Shown here piece after piece: positions 59,049 to 64,000 of a DNA stretch of 64,000 nt (position 1 is its first letter; each line of letters begins with the position of its first letter). This stretch comes from Chthoniobacterales bacterium (lineage in GTDB: Bacteria > Verrucomicrobiota > Verrucomicrobiia > Chthoniobacterales > Chthoniobacteraceae): NCBI GenBank assembly GCA_038207335.1, contig JBBQZX010000005.1:128001-192000 (forward strand), in the 5' to 3' direction. Below the pieces are notes generated by a model. The model had not been told where the DNA came from and did no database searches. It was given only the letters and a program-made list of their open reading frames with translations. The translations under genes were made by a program, and so were the position numbers.

Positions 59049-59678
59049 TTATACGCCGAGGTGGATGAGGCCGCGCTGGACGGCGACGATGGCGGCTTGG
59101 GTGCGGTCGGCGACGCCGAGTTTGGCGAGGGTGTTGGAGATGTGGAGTTTGACGGTGGCTTCGGACATGTGGAGGGCGGGGGCGATTTCTTTGTTGCTGA
59201 GGCCGGCGACGATGTGGCGGAGGACTTGGTGTTCGCGGGGGGTGAGGGTGTGGCGGGCGCTGCGGGCGGCGAGTTTGGCGGCGATGGCGGGGGGGAAGTA
59301 GGTGTCGCCGGCGATGACGTGGCGGATGGCTTCGAGGATGTCTTCGACTTCGGCGGATTTGAGGACGTAGCCGGAGGCGCCGGCCTGGACTGCGCGGGAG
59401 ATGTCTTCTTCGCCCTCGAAGACGGAGAGGACGACGATGCGGGCGTCGGGGAATTCGGCGCGGAGGCGGGTGATGGTCTGGGCGCCGTCTTCGCCGGGCA
59501 TTTGGAAGTCCATGGTGACGATGTCGGGGCGGTGCTGGCGGTAGGCGTCGAGGGCTTGGGCGCCGTTGCCGGCTTCGGCGACGAGGGTCATGTCGCGCTC
59601 GCCGGCGATGGCTTCGGCGAGGCCGAGGCGCATCATGGCGTGGTCGTCGACGATGAGGACGCGGATTTTACGTTTCAT
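59049..59678 (-). CDS. NarL/LuxR family response regulator
   Basis: IVDDH, MDFQMP, LTPRE..VL..IVAGLSNKEIA, TVKLH, KLGVADRTQA. Confidence 0.95.
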   Translation of the reverse strand: MKRKIRVLIVDDHAMMRLGLAEAIAGERDMTLVAEAGNGAQALDAYRQHRPDIVTMDFQMPGEDGAQTITRLRAEFPDARIVVLSVFEGEEDISRAVQAGASGYVLKSAEVEDILEAIRHVIAGDTYFPPAIAAKLAARSARHTLTPREHQVLRHIVAGLSNKEIAPALHMSEATVKLHISNTLAKLGVADRTQAAIVAVQRGLIHLGV

Positions 59679-61702
59679 GAAGGGGTGGTGCCGGGTGGTG
59701 TGGGTACGGTGACGCGGACTGTGGTGCCGTTGCCGGGGGTGCTTTGGAGGTGGAGTTTGGCGTGGAGTTTCCCGGCGCGCTCGTGGATGCCGAGGATGCC
59801 GAAGTGGCCGCGGGGGGCGGTGGCGGTGGTGTCGAAGCCGCGGCCGTCATCGCGTGTCTCGAGGGTGATGGTGTGGGGGGTGTAGGTGAGGGTGACGTGG
59901 ATGTGCGTGGGGGAGGCGTGGCGGGCGGCGTTGGCGACGGTCTCGTGGGCGATGCGGAGGAGATGGATTTCGACGGGGCCGGAGAGCGGGTGGGGCACGC
60001 CGAGGACTTCGATTTTCAAGATGGCTCCGCACTCGGCGGCGAGGGGGGTGAGGAATTCGTGGAGTGCGCCGTGGAGGCCGCGCTGCTCGAGGGCGACGCT
60101 GCGGAGGTCGCGGATGGAGGTGCGGGCCTCCTCGCGGCAGTGGCGGAGCATGCGCTCGGCGAGGTCGAGGGCGGTGGCGGCGTGCTCGGGGGTGTGGGCG
60201 AGGCGGTGTCGGGCGTTGCGGAGCTGGAGGGAGACGCCGGCGAGCTCCTGCTCGATGGTGTCGTGGAGCTCGCGGGCGATACGCTGGCGTTCGTCTTTGA
60301 CGGCGGCGCGCTGGATTTGGGTGCCGATGATCTGGGTCTGGACGGTGACGCGGCGGCGAAGGAGTGCGGCCCATGCGAGGGCGGCGCAGGCGAGGGCGCC
60401 GACGGCTGCGAGGGCCCGGAGGAGGCGGCTGAGGGTCCACCAGGGGGCGCGCTGGAGGATGGCGATGTCGTCGGGACTGCGGAGGTGGAGGCGGAAGCCG
60501 TCGGCGTTTTTTCCGAAGGGAAGCACCTGGGAGGTGGTGAGGTCGCAGATGCCGGTGAGGCGGAGGTGGTCGTCGGGGCTGAGGCTGTCGGGAGGCGCGG
60601 TGCCGGCGGGGAGGAGGGCCTCGAAGAACCACGAACCGGTGCGGCACTGGAGGATGGTGTCTGCGGTGGGGCCGGTGCGGAGGGCGAGGAGGGTGGCGTC
60701 GAGGAAGACGAGTTCGGATTGCTGGGGGACGATATTTTCGCCGGAGAGGTCGAGGGGGACGGGCTCGGGCGGCGGGCCGGTATCGAGGACGGTGATGCGG
60801 GTGGCGCGGAGGATGGGGCGGAAGGGTGCGACGGCGGCGAAGCCTTCGGCCTCGATGTTCACGCCGGGTGTGAGGGCTTCGGTGGAGGCTGCGCGGATGA
60901 GGATGCTGCCACTTTTACCCCGCACGTAGAGGGTGTCGCCGGATGCGTGGGTGACGATGCCGCGGATGCGGACGCGGGTGCGGGAGGTGGCGTCGCTGCG
61001 GAGGAGTTCGTTGATGGCGCGAAGGGGCGGGGCGGTGTCGGGCGTGGGGGTTTCGGCGGGGATGATGTCGGCGAAGGAGGGGACGAAGAAGTGGCGGCCG
61101 GTGAGCTGGCGCTGGGAGTTGAAGACGCTGCCGAGGACGCCGCGGATGGTGACGGGCTGTTGCATGAGGGCGGCGGCGCGTTCGTGTGCGCGCGGGTCGG
61201 GCGGGAGGAGGAGCTTGACGGTGTAGCCGGAGATTTCGGCGACGAGGACGAGGGCGGCGGGGTCATCGATGCCGGTGATGACGCCGGGAAGCTGGACCCA
61301 CTGGCAGTCGAGGGAGGGGGAGAAAAGTTCGGCGGGGTCGATGCGGCGCGGCGCGGGGATGGGGACGGTGCCGAGGATCGCGACGGTGCGGGCGGCGATG
61401 ATCGGGAGGAAGCCGCCGGGCGCGGTGACGCCGGCGATGCGGAGGCGCGCGCCGGTCGCGATGTCCGCGCCTTCGCCGGGTGGGAGGGAGATGTAGATGC
61501 CCTCGCGGCCGTCATCGGCGATGAGGACGGGCTGGGTGGGATTGCGAAAAGTGACGGTGGCCTCAATGGCGACGGGCACGGCGGCGGCGGCTTCCTCGGG
61601 CGAAAGGGCGCGGATGCGGGCGATGGAATCGAGCGTCTCGGCAGCGCCCGCGAGGCTCGCGGCGAGGAGGAGAGCGATGAAGAGAAAGGCGGTGCGAGGC
61701 AC
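59675..61702 (-). CDS. NarX-like (HisKA_3) sensor histidine kinase with large extracytoplasmic region
   Basis: Signal peptide, PWWT-TM, ERQRIARELHD, NAARHA, DDGRGFD, GHFGILG; start codon uncertain. Confidence 0.9.
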   Translation of the reverse strand: MPRTAFLFIALLLAASLAGAAETLDSIARIRALSPEEAAAAVPVAIEATVTFRNPTQPVLIADDGREGIYISLPPGEGADIATGARLRIAGVTAPGGFLPIIAARTVAILGTVPIPAPRRIDPAELFSPSLDCQWVQLPGVITGIDDPAALVLVAEISGYTVKLLLPPDPRAHERAAALMQQPVTIRGVLGSVFNSQRQLTGRHFFVPSFADIIPAETPTPDTAPPLRAINELLRSDATSRTRVRIRGIVTHASGDTLYVRGKSGSILIRAASTEALTPGVNIEAEGFAAVAPFRPILRATRITVLDTGPPPEPVPLDLSGENIVPQQSELVFLDATLLALRTGPTADTILQCRTGSWFFEALLPAGTAPPDSLSPDDHLRLTGICDLTTSQVLPFGKNADGFRLHLRSPDDIAILQRAPWWTLSRLLRALAAVGALACAALAWAALLRRRVTVQTQIIGTQIQRAAVKDERQRIARELHDTIEQELAGVSLQLRNARHRLAHTPEHAATALDLAERMLRHCREEARTSIRDLRSVALEQRGLHGALHEFLTPLAAECGAILKIEVLGVPHPLSGPVEIHLLRIAHETVANAARHASPTHIHVTLTYTPHTITLETRDDGRGFDTTATAPRGHFGILGIHERAGKLHAKLHLQSTPGNGTTVRVTVPTPPGTTPS

Positions 61703-61745
61703 TGGGACGAGCGCGGACTTTAGCGCAGCGAGGCGGGATGAGAAT

Positions 61746-61759
61746 TAGCCATTTGGCTA
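61746..61759. promoter_or_regulatory. Palindromic candidate operator TAGCC-N4-GGCTA
   Basis: Perfect 5-4-5 palindrome in the short divergent intergenic region. Confidence 0.5.
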
Positions 61760-61826
61760 GGTATGCGGCGGGTGGGGACGGGCGAATGATGCGAGAGCGA
61801 TTCGAGGCCCCCTGAATCCCGCAACC

Positions 61827-64000
61827 ATGAAATCACTCCCGACATCTCCCATGAAAATGACACCCCGCAAAAACATTCAGCCGATCCTGATGGCGACCGC
61901 AGCCGTCCTGCTTGGCTTTTCAACCCAAAGCGCAAAAGGCCAGACGACCGGATGGAATCAAACCGGAGTGGGACCCTTCGACTACAACGACACGGCGAAC
62001 TGGGTCGGTGGCATCATCAATGGGATATTCGATATGTCGGTGACGATTCCGAGCAGTCAGACGGTGACGTTTGGACAGGACACCGTGCTGACGACCGGCT
62101 TTGACTTCAGCTACACCGGCAGCTCCAATGAAGTCCTGCGCGGGACGGGCGGCGACTTCACACTCACACTGGGCGGAGACATTTTGCACAACACGGCCAG
62201 CACGACGCGGGTCATCAACTTTGGCAGCACCGCGGCGAATCAAGCACTGGCGATCGACTTGGGCGGCGTGGCTCGCATCTTTACGGTGGGCAGCGGACGG
62301 TCGCTGGGTTTCCTCAATGGGATTGGAAACGGCAGCGTCATCACGAGCGGCGGCACGATCAACTTCTCGGGAAGCAATAGCTATGGCGGCGCGACCACAG
62401 TTGCCAGCGGCGTGCTGGCGCTCAACGGTGCAGTAGGGAGTTCGGCTAACTCGGATATTATGGTGCAGTCCGGCGGAAGCAGTACTTCCACGCTGCAGTT
62501 CAATAGCACCACGAACTTGAATACGGGAACTACGAGAGCCAAGAGTGTGACTCTCAATGGAGCAGGCTCTGGGACGAGTGCTTTCCTGACAGTCACTGGA
62601 AATGCGGGCGCGAACTCCGTGGAGACGATCACCAATGCGCTGCGAGCCTCCGCTGGCTATGCGACGGTCGGCGTGACTGCGCCTGCCACGCGCGCCGTGC
62701 GGCTCTCAGTGGGAAGCTTCGTGCGGGACGCAGGCGCGAGCTTGCTCTTCCGCGGGTCGAATCTAGGTCTCGATACCCTCGCCAATCAGACACCGAACTT
62801 CGCCAACATTCAGTTCGCGCAAGCTCCAGCTCTCAGTGGGAGTGGAGTCTCAGGTCAAGCTACTGTCGGAATTTTGAAAGGAGCTTACGGCGATGTGACT
62901 TCCGGTGGCGATGGAAAGGCGGGGGGTCTCGTGACTTATGACTCCACCTATGGCGTCCGGCTACTTACCTCCGGCGAGTATGTGGGCGCGATCACGGACG
63001 GGCAGACGACGGCGAGCAATGTTCTTTTCACCCGCGCGTCTGGAGATGCTTCACAAGACATCACGCTGGCAAGCACCACGACAACACTCAACTCCTTGTC
63101 CTTCAAGATCACGGGTGCCGGGACTAACTCAGGCGTGACGATTGCAGGAGCAGCCGGCACGACACTGAAGCTCAACAGCGGAACCATCTTTGCGAGCCAG
63201 CAAGTGACTACGGCGAATGCGACCGATGCGATGACGATCAGTGTGCCGACGCTGGACCTCAATGGCGGTGAAGGCGTCGTCACGGTCTTCACCAATGGTG
63301 TGAGCAACGGCAACACTGCCGCGCCGCTCACCATCAGCAGTGTAATCGCGAATGACGGTGGAAAGGGAGTGACTTTCGGAGGAACGGGCGAGACGATCCT
63401 CACGGGATCGGAAGCCAATACTTATACCGGCACGACCACGCTAAACAGCGGGATCCTTCGACTTAATAAGTCGGTCGTGAACATCGGTCTCACCACGGAC
63501 CTGGTCATGAATGGTGGGACTCTTCTGAAGACTGGCAACGCAATCGCAGACACAGCGAGCGTGACCATCAACGGCGGAACATTCACGTTCGATAGCACGA
63601 CGAGCAGCGGAAACAATAACCACCCGGAGACCATCAATAACTTCACGATGAATGGTGGCGGTGTCAGTAATCACGGGCTCAATGCGACCTTCACCATCAA
63701 TGGAAATGCGACGCTCAATGCCGGGAACCTGATCATGAACCAAGGCGGCGACGTGACTGTGCTGGGAGCGACGACGTTGAACGGCGGTGTCCTGACGGCA
63801 AAGGAGTCGAGCAGCACCACCGCATTCAATGGACTTACGACATTGAACACCTTGAACATCTCCAACCAGGCAACTGGCGCCTACACTCCCCTCGTGCTGA
63901 CGAGTCACGCGACGATGCTCGGCGCAAAGGTCACGCTCAACGGCGATGTGACTTTCACCGGGAATGCTACAAACTCGAATCCTACTTCGATCGCTTCCTC
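61827..64000 (+). CDS. Autotransporter-associated beta-strand repeat (PATR) surface protein, runs off the 3' edge; absent from the ORF track
   Basis: Read by hand: signal peptide ...ILMATAAVLLGFSTQSAKG; FSGSNSYGGATTVASGVL and in-frame LTGSEANTYTGTTTLNSGIL; G/T/N/S-rich; start at 61827 or 61851. Confidence 0.88.
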   Translation, partial: MKSLPTSPMKMTPRKNIQPILMATAAVLLGFSTQSAKGQTTGWNQTGVGPFDYNDTANWVGGIINGIFDMSVTIPSSQTVTFGQDTVLTTGFDFSYTGSSNEVLRGTGGDFTLTLGGDILHNTASTTRVINFGSTAANQALAIDLGGVARIFTVGSGRSLGFLNGIGNGSVITSGGTINFSGSNSYGGATTVASGVLALNGAVGSSANSDIMVQSGGSSTSTLQFNSTTNLNTGTTRAKSVTLNGAGSGTSAFLTVTGNAGANSVETITNALRASAGYATVGVTAPATRAVRLSVGSFVRDAGASLLFRGSNLGLDTLANQTPNFANIQFAQAPALSGSGVSGQATVGILKGAYGDVTSGGDGKAGGLVTYDSTYGVRLLTSGEYVGAITDGQTTASNVLFTRASGDASQDITLASTTTTLNSLSFKITGAGTNSGVTIAGAAGTTLKLNSGTIFASQQVTTANATDAMTISVPTLDLNGGEGVVTVFTNGVSNGNTAAPLTISSVIANDGGKGVTFGGTGETILTGSEANTYTGTTTLNSGILRLNKSVVNIGLTTDLVMNGGTLLKTGNAIADTASVTINGGTFTFDSTTSSGNNNHPETINNFTMNGGGVSNHGLNATFTINGNATLNAGNLIMNQGGDVTVLGATTLNGGVLTAKESSSTTAFNGLTTLNTLNISNQATGAYTPLVLTSHATMLGAKVTLNGDVTFTGNATNSNPTSIAS

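Noticed and set aside
59744..61723. Long antisense ORFs (also 17700-19826, 20793-22283, 10959-12533, 45315-46877)
   Set aside because: Mirror frames of well-supported genes in high-GC DNA, with no recognisable motifs
1..64000. tRNA, rRNA, riboswitch, integrase or prophage
   Set aside because: No cloverleaf, rRNA signature or phage/integrase motif recognised by eye; an Infernal/tRNAscan run would be needed to exclude them

Overview
GC-rich bacterial chromosomal window. Its gene content points to Verrucomicrobiota/PVC: an H-X9-DG prepilin-like protein, a DUF1501 plus PSCyt/PSD1 pair, DUF1080, PQQ-type propellers and a PATR adhesin. Most of it is ordinary: GH57, a polar amino acid ABC transporter, glpKD, ftsH, pgsA, gnd, an ABC-F, a CHASE3 signalling triad, argCJB, ppnP, trxA, an ECF sigma/anti-sigma pair and a NarL-type two-component system. 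The most unusual parts are: (1) a decayed, lower-GC accessory patch at about 38.0-39.8 kb, with a TIR gene coupled to a trypsin-like protease whose catalytic segment is bracketed by two compensating frameshifts, followed by a truncated HUH transposase; (2) a cytoplasmic trypsin-like protease followed by a small gene resembling a free copy of its own N-terminal domain; (3) a TerB-like/FHA-like/ABCG fusion transporter, and a separate membrane-anchored protein with repeated T-x-x-I/L motifs; (4) intergenic arrays with 21- and 42-bp periodicity and several REP/REPIN-like palindromes. No rRNA, tRNA or CRISPR array was seen. All family assignments come from motif recognition by eye, not database searches. 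Many start codons were moved downstream of the ORF-track starts.
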